Source: a virus
Strand: one strand, 5' to 3'
Length of the DNA stretch: 64,000 bases
IMG/VR virus record: IMGVR_UViG_3300019487_000019
Coordinates: 99,924 to 163,923 of that record
Shown here: piece by piece, positions 11,601-19,960 of the stretch
Numbering within the stretch: position 1 is the stretch's first letter
Layout of the letters: each line of letters opens with the position of its first letter
Notes under the pieces: generated by a model
Told to the model about the DNA's origin: nothing
Database searches by the model: none
The model's input: the letters and a program-made list of their open reading frames with translations, nothing else
Position numbers and translations under genes: made by a program

Positions 11601-11638
11601 ATGTTTGGGGCATCACTACGGTGATCAAACGTGCTCAT
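8633..11638 (-). CDS. gp13: Neck protein (gp13-like) with large N-terminal extension carrying 11 Trp-rich repeats
   Basis: The C-terminal ~260 aa has gp13 motifs LG.P.IDVEL..EQL, W...YALA....LAEIRGKF..LPG..GGV.LN. The central region is G.YW.N....L..W.G..W repeats. Confidence 0.85.
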   Translation of the reverse strand: MSTFDHRSDAPNMLRYESLNITLKVERTSNSTARISWNIPTPAAGCTAETQAYCGIVVTADNTAPDISKLPINGEVYTSDPTIDRNLFAGDKLGTALVVGAFYQDRTTTFFDITGLTPNTPLYVSGFPVDCEFRYFQEGVHGFSLDFKGPKTDATSSTQAVLLVKNDGTQGVLPTDYTGLVNNVEYTFSASLGLGSLASQPHIPLPPSACISKPTTFEVKIQGEDALTYADLVNAINEQFGLLTGCPASPLPPNAGVYYWNAVAQKLYQWDGYTLNELPVYVQPTAPNLIAVGTYWYKSSIDILYRWDGVAWIVQTVIKFSTDPTQPICDKTIWYDGTSIHKWNGLAWCDVITYVNTLDPSLQYPAPCGSYWYKASTKQMYKWDDNLDIWLLTNVIKSTVDPSALPVGFYWFNTTTMTLYQWNGITWVAQVNVRIQETTPTLPGPGTYWYNPITEVLQQWDGVMWVLLPDVITFGSDPRNRVSCDLWWNTITDELFVWNNVSNTWVLVNDFFQQETDPTIPPTITEGSYWLNPITLVIYVWINGCWVQTEYIFLPVDPSTLMPTGTVWFDGTNWYYWDGAMWVPFIPTISEIDPSLIAAGTYWFNTMNNTLNLWNGATWVNLMYVTVPPTPLKGDCWFNQGDNQVMTWDGTQWVVSPGIAMVELDCNGNLLFTDTNMGSSSFISVDGRVLTNSLEFGYPVWVPGPNGPGTLWMSLDVQTSFGNPQPGGDEISGEPMYKQLGVGTDGSADERRELMSEIRFQLGYPTIDVELMQEQLDYFIQKALDELRARTGIAYRRGYFFMQIQPETQRYTLSNKATGYNKIVQVMGVYRMTSAFLSSAHGAGVYGQIVLQHLYNMGTFDLLSYHLIAEYVELMEILFAARITFTWNEQTRELFLHHRFPFAERMVLIEASVERTEQDLLSDRWTKPWIRRYALAQSRIALAEIRGKFSTLPGASGGVSLNASDLRSAGVEEIALCLKDLEDYIHDNPEEYGSGSTMILG
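9680..10880 (-). repeat. About 11 tandem ~37-aa Trp-rich repeats within the neck protein (approximate bounds)
   Basis: Examples: GTYWYKSSIDILYRWDGVAW, GFYWFNTTTMTLYQWNGITW, GTYWFNTMNNTLNLWNGATW, GDCWFNQGDNQVMTWDGTQW. Confidence 0.85.
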
Positions 11639-12051
11639 GTGTTATCCTTTGCGAAACGAGCCTGGTGCAGGTGGATGTTGTGCCCACCAACTAAAGTAGC
11701 TAGCTCCTGCCAAGTCTCGTGAAACTGCGACAAGGCTTCTCTGAATTGTTCCCCAGCGGGGGTGCTTGGATAATAAGAATTGAGATGCCAATAATCGTCG
11801 TCTTCTGGCCTTACTCTTACTCCCGAAAGTTGATCTGCTTGAACAGACCAATCAACTTTTCCACCTTCGAGAGGAATTGATAGTGCGGGAACGTCAAGGC
11901 GATGAGCAGTCTTTGCCCGCTCACCGATTTCCATTCGGCTTTCCATCGCCAAATCCATTACGCGGCCGAGAAGAAAGCGTAGCTTTTTCTCTACCCGATC
12001 CTTGTGGGCGATCGCATCATTATGGTTGAGAGTAATTTCATTAAGTAGCAT
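11635..12051 (-). CDS. Hypothetical protein, N-terminus MLLNEI (candidate internal head protein)
   Basis: 138 aa. TAAATA at 12071-12076 upstream. ATGA overlap with the gp13-like gene. Confidence 0.65.
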   Translation of the reverse strand: MLLNEITLNHNDAIAHKDRVEKKLRFLLGRVMDLAMESRMEIGERAKTAHRLDVPALSIPLEGGKVDWSVQADQLSGVRVRPEDDDYWHLNSYYPSTPAGEQFREALSQFHETWQELATLVGGHNIHLHQARFAKDNT

Positions 12052-12094
12052 GAATACAGGCCTAAACCCGTATTTATGCTACCTTATTCTCGGT

Positions 12095-12676
12095 TCATTC
12101 GAAGTTCAGTTCAGCAATTTCCTCGAGAACCCGACGTTCTTTTTTCACACGCACGGTGCGTTTTTGGACCCGTCGTTCTTCCTTTTGATGAATTTCGTGG
12201 CTGATCATTGCCCGAGCAATGATCGCATCATCGTAAGTGCCCTGGTGTTCGTGATTCTTCACCATGTATTCGATATCACCAAGCACGTAATCAATTTGTT
12301 GAAGGGCTTGTGCATGCGTTCCCTTTGCAAACAGATCGATCACCGGGGCAAGGACCAGATGGTACATCGGTTGGTTCTTCTTGCGGAGCAGCGCTGCTTG
12401 CCGCGGATCTTCGTGACCGAGCAGCCATTCTTCCATTTCTTCACGAACATCTTCACAGAAGTCGAACGGTGTATCCCGGTATTTCTTTTTCCCAAACATT
12501 TCGACAGTTTCGTGGAATTTTGTTCGAATCACTTCGAGAGCTTCCAGAAGGTCAAACTCATCCAGAATGTACTTTTCCTCTTTGGGATCAAGACGGAGAG
12601 GAATCAGACGAACGAATTTACGCAGACCTTCGTTCACAGCAGTGTAATCTTTGGCAATTTGCATTTGAGCCTCCAT
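12095..12676 (-). CDS. Hypothetical protein
   Basis: 193-aa ORF co-oriented with its neighbours, with a sigma70-like TTGACT-N16-TAGCAT upstream. Confidence 0.6.
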   Translation of the reverse strand: MEAQMQIAKDYTAVNEGLRKFVRLIPLRLDPKEEKYILDEFDLLEALEVIRTKFHETVEMFGKKKYRDTPFDFCEDVREEMEEWLLGHEDPRQAALLRKKNQPMYHLVLAPVIDLFAKGTHAQALQQIDYVLGDIEYMVKNHEHQGTYDDAIIARAMISHEIHQKEERRVQKRTVRVKKERRVLEEIAELNFE

Positions 12677-12693
12677 TTGTTTCGATGGTGGCC

Positions 12694-12721
12694 ATGCTAA
12701 ACACCCTTACGTAAAAGTCAA
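12694..12721 (-). promoter_or_regulatory. Putative sigma70-type promoter
   Basis: Minus strand TTGACT (12721-12716), 16-nt spacer, TAGCAT (12699-12694). Confidence 0.4.
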
Positions 12722-13480
12722 CTACATAGGTCTACGTGGGCCGCCCGCTACACCGGGAGCCGGCGCCCGTGTCGGTTGAACCGGTCGTGCCTGTACTGGC
12801 GCTGGTTGTTGCCTCTGCTGTGGCGCCTGTTGCCCCTGCTGTGGCGCTTGTTGCCCCTGCTGAGGCGCTTGTTGCCCTTGTTGCTGTGGATCTTGTTGAC
12901 CTTGTTGTTGCTGTTGTGCCGCAGTACGCAGTCGATTCATTAGCTGTTGATAAAAACCATGCAGACGTGCTACTTCATTTGCTGTGTTTTGATCAGGAAC
13001 TTGCGACACGGCCTGCTTAAATTGCTGAACTTCGGGCGATGTCGCTGAACGACCAATTGCCGCAATGGCATCGATCGCCGCTTGATCAGGCGAAAGTCCT
13101 TTATTCTTGGCTTTAACTTGATCGTAAGCAGCTTTCAACGGACTTACTCCACCGCCGGATTTTTCGATTGCTTGAAGTCCACTCAGGATGTCAACCATTT
13201 GCTGTTCGTGTCCAGGAACAGCAGCAGGTGGCTTTCCATTTTTCGCCAAATTCGTTGCTGCCTGAAGGATCTGTGTAAGGTTTGATGCTGCCTGAGGAGC
13301 ATTTTCCTTAAACATTTTAATCAATGCTTGTTCGCAAAGGCCAAGACGTTCATCACGCTTACGCTCTGACACTTCTGCCTCTTTGATCATGCCGTATGGT
13401 TTGTACATATCCATCATTCGCTTGATTTTGCGAACTTTCATAACCAAAGGAATTTGGTTCTTCTTTTGTTTCTTAGCCAT
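12722..13480 (-). CDS. Hypothetical protein with Gln/Pro-rich low-complexity C-terminus
   Basis: Probable start ATG 13480 (MAKKQ) after AAAGGA. Carries QQGQQAP repeats. Confidence 0.7.
   Translation of the reverse strand: MAKKQKKNQIPLVMKVRKIKRMMDMYKPYGMIKEAEVSERKRDERLGLCEQALIKMFKENAPQAASNLTQILQAATNLAKNGKPPAAVPGHEQQMVDILSGLQAIEKSGGGVSPLKAAYDQVKAKNKGLSPDQAAIDAIAAIGRSATSPEVQQFKQAVSQVPDQNTANEVARLHGFYQQLMNRLRTAAQQQQQGQQDPQQQGQQAPQQGQQAPQQGQQAPQQRQQPAPVQARPVQPTRAPAPGVAGGPRRPM
12815..12885 (-). repeat. 21-nt tandem repeat (about 3 copies) encoding QQGQQAP
   Basis: Near-identical ctgtggcgc(c/t)tgttgcccctg units on the + strand. Confidence 0.75.
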
Positions 13481-13491
13481 AAAATTTTCCT

Positions 13492-13833
13492 TTACGTAAT
13501 AACGCCGGCTGACTCTTTTGTGTGTCGTGCTAACCACTTCTTTAACTTCTTTGATGTCCAGAACATTGAAAATTGTTCCGTCTCATCTAATGCTTGTACC
13601 TTCTGAAACTTGATGTGGACTATCGTTGGATCTTCTAGAACATCGTAGCGCCACTCCACAACCAGCTTTTGTTTTGGCTTCAACCCAACAATTCTTGCCT
13701 CTTCTTTACTGTCTCCCACAGCGATCGAACAGTATTTACGGACCTCATGCTCGGTAATCGATACGGGCGTATTCTCGATCGCTTTCCGAAGTTCTTGCTT
13801 GCTATCCAGATATTGTTTGAATGAGAGGTCCAT
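13492..13833 (-). CDS. Hypothetical protein, N-terminus MDLSFKQYL
   Basis: 113 aa. TAAATA lies only 6 nt upstream of the ATG, with no obvious RBS. Confidence 0.7.
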   Translation of the reverse strand: MDLSFKQYLDSKQELRKAIENTPVSITEHEVRKYCSIAVGDSKEEARIVGLKPKQKLVVEWRYDVLEDPTIVHIKFQKVQALDETEQFSMFWTSKKLKKWLARHTKESAGVIT

Positions 13834-13853
13834 AGCAGATATTTATCGTTCCC

Positions 13854-14237
13854 CTAAAACTTTCTGCCCTCTTGACAATATGCTGTTATTAGTGCATTGA
13901 GGCGATTCCAAACAGCGCGCAGTTGTTGTAATTTCGTCGGGTCCCAATGTTTCCAAAGATAAAGTGGAACCGGTTCCCCAGGCTTCGCCCGCGGATCGGT
14001 ACCCTGCCAATTCCCACCAAAGAATGGAATCGTATATTTTCCACCTTCTCTGTTGTAAGCAGCCTCCAATTCCTCACAAGGAACACACGCGCCGTCAGGA
14101 ATGAAATCATCCGGAAGGTGAGACGCCTTGCTTGCTGCTACGTTCATTTCTGTGAACAGTTTCTCCATGTCTTTTTCATAATGAAAATACCGGAAAAGTA
14201 TTGCCGCTTTTTTGTTGCTGATTTCAAACAGTTTCAT
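13854..14237 (-). CDS. Hypothetical protein, paralog of 14234..14629
   Basis: Start ATG 14237 (MKLFEIS) in an ATGA overlap. Shares FRYFHYEK, GGK and KL..L.A.W.RL......YC with its neighbour. Confidence 0.75.
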   Translation of the reverse strand: MKLFEISNKKAAILFRYFHYEKDMEKLFTEMNVAASKASHLPDDFIPDGACVPCEELEAAYNREGGKYTIPFFGGNWQGTDPRAKPGEPVPLYLWKHWDPTKLQQLRAVWNRLNALITAYCQEGRKF

Positions 14238-14629
14238 TTGGTGCCCCACTTTTCACAGTACGGCGCGGAAAAATCATCCAATCGATGCCAAAGAGCTTGA
14301 AGCCGGTCTAATTTATTTGGAGTCCAAAGCTTCCAAAAACTAGACACAAGCGAATGCACTGGCAGGACCTGTTTCCCCCCATAAAGCTTATAATGGTCAT
14401 TAAATTCTTTACAACAATCGGTCTTCTGTTTAACTATAAAGTCTTGCGGATGTTCCTGAATTAGGCCGTAGATGTTCTTTGAGCGTACTTCTGCTGGGTC
14501 TCGATAGTGTGTATGAGCCGCATCCGCCATTTCACCCCACAGCTTGATGAATGCTTTTTCGTAATGAAAATATCGGAAAAATGCTGCTTCGATTTGCTCG
14601 TCTTGCGTGTATATTTCAAACAATTTCAT
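14234..14629 (-). CDS. Hypothetical protein, paralog of 13854..14237
   Basis: MKLFEIY start; same shared motifs as its neighbour. Confidence 0.75.
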   Translation of the reverse strand: MKLFEIYTQDEQIEAAFFRYFHYEKAFIKLWGEMADAAHTHYRDPAEVRSKNIYGLIQEHPQDFIVKQKTDCCKEFNDHYKLYGGKQVLPVHSLVSSFWKLWTPNKLDRLQALWHRLDDFSAPYCEKWGTK

Positions 14630-14952
14630 TCGGAATCTCCCACACCAAACCCGTGTCCATCATAACCACGCAAGGTAATACTATACGGCGTGGATAGATG
14701 CCGACGGAAGTAATGTTGCAAACGAAATTGTTGTGCTCGAGCTAAATCATACTCAACTGGTTGGAATACCCATGAAACCGAACGAGCAATTCCCTGTGAA
14801 AGAATGTCTTGTCTATATGTTTCGCGCCCAACAACTTCGGCGAGTTTCTGAAAATTGAACACTTCCGGAAATCTGGCGACAAGAACATCAGCAAAAGTTA
14901 TCTCGAGCTTAAAATAGACTGGGTTGAGGCCGGGATATGCTTTATAGCTCAT
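14626..14952 (-). CDS. Hypothetical protein, probable paralog of 14956..15300
   Basis: VGRE...R.D...W.F...E.D.A....FRL pattern shared with the upstream ORF. Confidence 0.65.
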   Translation of the reverse strand: MSYKAYPGLNPVYFKLEITFADVLVARFPEVFNFQKLAEVVGRETYRQDILSQGIARSVSWVFQPVEYDLARAQQFRLQHYFRRHLSTPYSITLRGYDGHGFGVGDSE

Positions 14953-14955
14953 ATT

Positions 14956-15300
14956 CTAGTCCTCTACCTCATACCATGCGCCAGAAAGATGATTTATCTT
15001 ATACAAAAATACACCCGCCTCTGGCCATGTGCGTATAGCATTTTTGAGGCGGAAATGAGCGCCTTCCGCTTCGTCGGTTTCATTAACATGAAACCACCAC
15101 CAATAACGATCCGCCAGAGCGTTTCCTTCGTCATCACGCCATTCTGGTTCACGACCAACGAGACGATTAATACGATCTCGTTCGAAAGTATATCCCCGTG
15201 TTACTCGAAGCAACAATTTATACTCTGGCTTAGCGTGATCAAGTTTCTTCTGCAGAGTTGACGAAATGTCGCCAGCCGGAATAACTTCGAATATTTTCAT
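14956..15300 (-). CDS. Hypothetical protein, N-terminus MKIFEV
   Basis: Probable start ATG 15300. Shares the motif pattern of 14626..14952. Confidence 0.65.
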   Translation of the reverse strand: MKIFEVIPAGDISSTLQKKLDHAKPEYKLLLRVTRGYTFERDRINRLVGREPEWRDDEGNALADRYWWWFHVNETDEAEGAHFRLKNAIRTWPEAGVFLYKINHLSGAWYEVED

Positions 15301-15424
15301 GATGATTTGCCTTGACAATATTGAGTTATAATCCGATTAATGTGTGCGAATGCTGTTTTCAAGTGCGGTGATTTTCACACTTTTTCTCCGGTAAATCAGT
15401 ATTTATTCAGAGAAAAGAACACTC

Positions 15425-15729
15425 CTACGGTTTCAGTCCCTTTTTGAGTAAGCGCTGCTGTTCGACGGTTTCTTTGTACTGATCGACTAATTGCCGAAGC
15501 TCTTCGTCTTTTTGCAGGAGTATTTGAAACCGCTCTAGGCCAGCGGGTTTTTGTAGTTGTATCGCTCGTTGTAGATCGTACTTAATGTCGGTCAAAAGGT
15601 ACATTCTATCGTCCGGATAATGCATCGTTATGTGATCGTCGATTCGATTCACATAATACGTAATTCGTGATTGCAAAAAACGTAGGTTGCCTTACGTGGA
15701 TCAGCAGCAAAAATCTCATTAATTTTCAT
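15425..15729 (-). pseudogene. Frameshifted small gene (MKINEIF... joined in -1 frame to the 15425..15676 ORF)
   Basis: ATG 15729, 4 nt after TAAATA, gives MKINEIFAADPRKATYVFCNHELRIM*. The 83-aa downstream ORF is in the -1 frame, starts at TTG inside a T6 run and has an in-frame TAA at 15694-15692 just upstream. Confidence 0.55.
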
Positions 15730-15744
15730 CTTGTATTTATCGAA

Positions 15745-17406
15745 TTATACTGCTCGAAAATTGCTGGGACAACACTCTTGTGGATCTTGCTTGTTTTTGA
15801 GAACAAACTTGAGCGTTCCACAGTCCCAAACACGATAGAAACCATGGTTTTCCATGTTTTGATATTCCGTTAGACCAGCATCATAATTTGGCAATGTGTT
15901 CTTAATGATGTCTTTGCGGTAATTCCAACGATGTTTCCTCTTATTGTCAACGACGTAAAAGTAATCAGGTGGGTTGATTTTTTCAAGTTTGAGGCCAAGC
16001 TTTTCATACAAGTTACCAACACTCCAACGACGGTCAGCATAGCTGTAAATTTCCTTCCACGTGTTGTTGTTTTGGAAATGCTTCAATAATTTCGAAGCTA
16101 TTCCTGGAATACGATAATTAGTGTCCGTGGCGAACCGTACAAGCTCAAACGTTCCTTTCTGTTTCTTATTATGTTTACCTATGCCAGCTCGCGGTGTTGA
16201 AAATGTCATAACTGCAATTATAGCATCTGCGTAGTAGGCACCATACGCAATTTGGGCGTTGTCATTTCCTTGGTTATGATGAGCATTTAGCAAAGCAGCT
16301 TTTTCTTGTGGGATACACATTCGTATGTCACATTGTCGTGCATGAATTCGTTCGACACCATTAACGCGTGTTCTGTGTAACAGTTTACTTCGTATCAAGT
16401 TAATGTTTGCCAGTTCATCCTCAAAGACGATTGTTGTTGTTATCCCCTGTGCGTCGAGTGCTTTTTTGGAATGAAGTGCTGTTTTGCTATTTGATTGAGA
16501 ACGGTCCAAAGGAATCAAGACGATCGCATGGTTGTATTGTTCGCTATAGAGATCAACGATGGTATCACCTAACTTATAAAATGGTTTGTAGTCATCGACA
16601 GTCAAAGTGTCTCTGTATGATTTCAAACGATCGTGAGCGGAAAGATGTGGATAGAAAACAGGAGGGATTGTTCCTTTTAGGTGATTGCGCGAACCAACAT
16701 TTTCACGCCATCCAATCATTTGCAGGTTACTTTTGTCAGCACAAACTACTGGGGGGATTTGGTTATCAAAACAAAATCGTTTTGGAACGATATGATCAAG
16801 ATGATATGCTCCTTCGGTTCCTGCCTTACCTTTGGGGAGATTCTTCGGATTGATATGCTTCTTGTATTTTCGGTACGTTTGAGACGTCAATGATGAAACA
16901 TCAGCTTTATACTTCTGCCACTCAGAAGCTGTTTTACGCCATTTAGCGGAATTTGCTTTCGACCAAGCGGTGATTGTAGACGTTCTATCTCTTTTTCCAC
17001 ACACAGTACATTTAGTTTGTAATTCTATAACATTTCCAGGATATGTCTCAAATTCATGACCACATATAATGTTCTTGAATTTTATTTTTTGTGTCGTTGA
17101 TCTCAATGCTGAATATTCACCCACAATAACAACTCCAAGATTGGCCATTTTATCTAGGTGAATTTGCTGTATTTGCTGCGTTGCTTCTTTTTTACGAGCT
17201 TTATTACACATAGGGCATCCACCAACACCGTATTTCTTATATGTTTGACGTTTGGAAATTGGTGTAGCCGTCCATGTATGGTGGCATGTTAAACATTGCA
17301 TTGAATGATGTTGTTTAGCACCTGAGAATGGTTCTAACAACTTAATTCTGTTTTCCTGTTCAAGCGTCGCAGGATAGCTATCATCTAGTTCACCTTCTTG
17401 GGGCAT
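15745..17406 (-). CDS. Homing-endonuclease-like protein (Zn-ribbons + HNH + Hef-like C-terminal domain)
   Basis: CxxC repeats; YHLDHIVP...NLQ....EN HNH motif; C-terminal H.QG, AVMTF, ELVRFAT, ASKLL, SYADRRWS, RVWDCG block typical of Hef-like phage genes. Probable start ATG 17406 after GGAG. Confidence 0.75.
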   Translation of the reverse strand: MPQEGELDDSYPATLEQENRIKLLEPFSGAKQHHSMQCLTCHHTWTATPISKRQTYKKYGVGGCPMCNKARKKEATQQIQQIHLDKMANLGVVIVGEYSALRSTTQKIKFKNIICGHEFETYPGNVIELQTKCTVCGKRDRTSTITAWSKANSAKWRKTASEWQKYKADVSSLTSQTYRKYKKHINPKNLPKGKAGTEGAYHLDHIVPKRFCFDNQIPPVVCADKSNLQMIGWRENVGSRNHLKGTIPPVFYPHLSAHDRLKSYRDTLTVDDYKPFYKLGDTIVDLYSEQYNHAIVLIPLDRSQSNSKTALHSKKALDAQGITTTIVFEDELANINLIRSKLLHRTRVNGVERIHARQCDIRMCIPQEKAALLNAHHNQGNDNAQIAYGAYYADAIIAVMTFSTPRAGIGKHNKKQKGTFELVRFATDTNYRIPGIASKLLKHFQNNNTWKEIYSYADRRWSVGNLYEKLGLKLEKINPPDYFYVVDNKRKHRWNYRKDIIKNTLPNYDAGLTEYQNMENHGFYRVWDCGTLKFVLKNKQDPQECCPSNFRAV

Positions 17407-17495
17407 AGCGTTCTCCAAAAATATAAAGTATTCTACCGTTATTTATGAGAATATTTCAACGCTGTACAAGTCTGTTGGATTACCTACTAGAGAAA

Positions 17496-17525
17496 GTAAA
17501 ACCCCGCGTTTCCGCGGGGTTTTAC
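17496..17525 (-). terminator. Rho-independent terminator after the major capsid gene
   Basis: Minus strand GTAAAACCCCGCG-GAAA-CGCGGGGTTTTAC, a 13-bp stem with a GNRA loop followed by TTTCT. Confidence 0.9.
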
Positions 17526-17536
17526 GAGGTTTACTA

Positions 17537-18973
17537 TTAAGCAAACTGGAAGTTCAGAACATTCACCTTGCCGTAGTAGTCAGCCGAATTACCCAAACTC
17601 GTTTCTGTCTGGGTGAACGCTGTCTTACCATAGCGTGTCATCATCGAAACGACTGGCTGGAACGTTACTGGGTTGATAACAACACCACTTGACATCAGTG
17701 GGATGTATGGGCAGTAGAAGTAACCAGTGTCTGTCTCGCCGTTGCCACCCTTGTAACCAACTAGGATGACGTCGTTTGTTGCTGCTGAAAGGCCTGAAAC
17801 TTGGTTCCACAGGTAGCTGTAAACCTTGATTGTACCGTTCAGTGTACCAACCAACATTGTGTTGTTTGGACCCTTGAAGCTGCCAGCGACTGCAGGTGCG
17901 AACACCGACTTAGCTGCGCTCTGAAGGATCGAAACGACCATTGGCGATACAACGATGAAGTTACCTGGACCACGACGTGTCTTGCGAGCGATTTCATTAG
18001 CAACTGCGTTGATAACGATACCGAGGTTAGCAAAACGATCGCCTAGGTAGGCTGGCTGATACTGTGGGCCAAGGCCGATTGTTGCGTAGTCGTATACACC
18101 AACTGTACCTGCGAGGGCCAGAAGGTCTGTCAGGATTTCGGAATCGATTTCCTGTACGATTTCTGCTGAAACAACCTGTGACAACTCAGACTCAAGATCC
18201 AGACCATGCTGTGCCTTAAGGTCTTGCATTGCTTCGATTGTCCAACCAGCTTGTAGCTTACGTGTACCTGCTTCAACAGCCTGGCTGATAACTTCCAGCT
18301 TGACTGTACGGCCACCAGAACCTTCGATGAAGGAGCCGGAACCACCATACAGACGACCTGCGTAGGACTTACCAATTGCATCCGGGCCGTATGGACCGAA
18401 GAATGATGTGTCCCACGATGGGATGCTGGATGGCCATGCACCACGTGATGCTGCGCCTTGGATGTCAGCTTCGTCAGCTGCTGCGTTTGTGATACCTGAT
18501 GCACCTGCTGGCTGTGCCAACGGTGTACCAACTACTGCACCTGCTGCGCCAGAATAGAACTGACGTAGGACAGGGTTGTTACCAAACATTTCATCGCCTG
18601 CTGTGACGTTACCAAAGTTTCCTGCTGGGTTTGGCGACCATGGGTTGTCGGCTGTTGGTGCACCCGGAACCGTGACGCTCTCACCGTAACGATAACGCAT
18701 CGTGTAAACCAGACCAACTGGACCTTGCATTGGCTGAACGCCAACGATTTCGGTTGCAATTGTGCCTGGAAGAATACGACGAATCATCGGGATCAGGATC
18801 TTGCGGAAACCTGCGATGTCGTGAGCCTGGACTGCACCAGCTGCTGCTGTTTCTGCAAGCAGATAGTCTTTTTCGTTCTCGAGGACTGGACCTACGATCT
18901 TTTTCTGATCGGCTGTCAGACCATCAAGAAGAGCTTCCTTGACTTCACTCCAATTTTCAAAAAGTTCATTCAT
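17537..18973 (-). CDS. gp23: Major capsid protein (T4 gp23-like)
   Basis: GVQPM.GP.G....MR, RKL.A.WT.EA.QDL...HG, VGYKG, YFYCPYIPL, TFQP....MTRYG motifs. Follows scaffold, protease and portal. Confidence 0.97.
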   Translation of the reverse strand: MNELFENWSEVKEALLDGLTADQKKIVGPVLENEKDYLLAETAAAGAVQAHDIAGFRKILIPMIRRILPGTIATEIVGVQPMQGPVGLVYTMRYRYGESVTVPGAPTADNPWSPNPAGNFGNVTAGDEMFGNNPVLRQFYSGAAGAVVGTPLAQPAGASGITNAAADEADIQGAASRGAWPSSIPSWDTSFFGPYGPDAIGKSYAGRLYGGSGSFIEGSGGRTVKLEVISQAVEAGTRKLQAGWTIEAMQDLKAQHGLDLESELSQVVSAEIVQEIDSEILTDLLALAGTVGVYDYATIGLGPQYQPAYLGDRFANLGIVINAVANEIARKTRRGPGNFIVVSPMVVSILQSAAKSVFAPAVAGSFKGPNNTMLVGTLNGTIKVYSYLWNQVSGLSAATNDVILVGYKGGNGETDTGYFYCPYIPLMSSGVVINPVTFQPVVSMMTRYGKTAFTQTETSLGNSADYYGKVNVLNFQFA

Positions 18974-18997
18974 TATATTGCTCCTTGTACTAACTAA

Positions 18998-19960
18998 TTA
19001 AGAAGGGATACCTGCGAGACGGCGCAGCTGTTGCTTTTTCTCTTCCGAGATCTTGCCTGGCTGCTGTTCGAGCTTCTCACCCTCTGTGATCTTCTCTTTG
19101 TCGTCGCCGGATACTACTTTGCCGTTTAGTTTCTTCTCTTCTTTCTTGCCTTCAGCTAGTACTTTAGTTTCCTTCTCTGAAGTTTTCTTGTCGCCAGCCT
19201 TTTCGTCTTTCTTAGGCTCTTCAACGACAGTTTCTTTCAAGACACGACCAATGTATGTCTTGTATGCATCTTCAAGTAGAGGTGTGTCCACATTCTTTAG
19301 GATGGCTTCCATTACCTCTTTCGAACGGCCCGATAGAGGTTTGAGAACTTCGTCAAGCTTCTTGCCGCGTTCCATCTTAGCAATTTTCTTCTCTGCGTCT
19401 TCGAGAGCCTTCAGAGCGTCATCTAGACGCTGTTCGGTCTCATTGAGCTTGCCTTCAACGGAATCATCTGCAGCATAGTGCTTCTTGAATTCTTCAACGA
19501 ACGCTTCGAAAACCTTCTTACCGAATTGCTTCTTCTTCTCGGATGCAATGTCTTCGCGTAGTTCTGTAAGTTCTTTTGCAAGACGAATTTCAAGGAATGC
19601 ATCAAGCTTCTCGATAAGTGTATCGACGTCTTTCTTGAGGTCCTTGGCCATTTCGCCTTTTGCTTCGACGAGCTTTTCTGCGTACTCTGCTTCTAGGTCG
19701 CGGAAACGCTCGATGTCTTCTTTAAGTTCAGCAAGTTCTTCCTTTAGAACTTCACTGACCTTCGCGTCGAGAGCTTCAATCAGAGTATCACGCTCGATAA
19801 TCCATTTTTCGTTCAGTTCAGCCGTGACGGAAGCCGTTGCTTCTTCACGAGCTTTTTTGGTTTCTGAATCAATCTTTTGCTTGAATGCTGATTCGAGATC
19901 TTTACGCGTTTCTGGCGTTAGAACCTCGTTCTCTAGCAATTTCTTGAGCAGCTCTTCCAT
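18998..19960 (-). CDS. gp22: Prohead core scaffold protein (gp22-like)
   Basis: E/K-rich coiled coil between protease and capsid genes. Start ATG 19960 after AAAGGAG. Confidence 0.85.
   Translation of the reverse strand: MEELLKKLLENEVLTPETRKDLESAFKQKIDSETKKAREEATASVTAELNEKWIIERDTLIEALDAKVSEVLKEELAELKEDIERFRDLEAEYAEKLVEAKGEMAKDLKKDVDTLIEKLDAFLEIRLAKELTELREDIASEKKKQFGKKVFEAFVEEFKKHYAADDSVEGKLNETEQRLDDALKALEDAEKKIAKMERGKKLDEVLKPLSGRSKEVMEAILKNVDTPLLEDAYKTYIGRVLKETVVEEPKKDEKAGDKKTSEKETKVLAEGKKEEKKLNGKVVSGDDKEKITEGEKLEQQPGKISEEKKQQLRRLAGIPS

Noticed and set aside
15312-15332. Perfect TTGACA and TATAAT hexamers on the + strand
   Set aside because: The spacer is only 9 nt (16-18 expected) and there is no credible + strand gene downstream.
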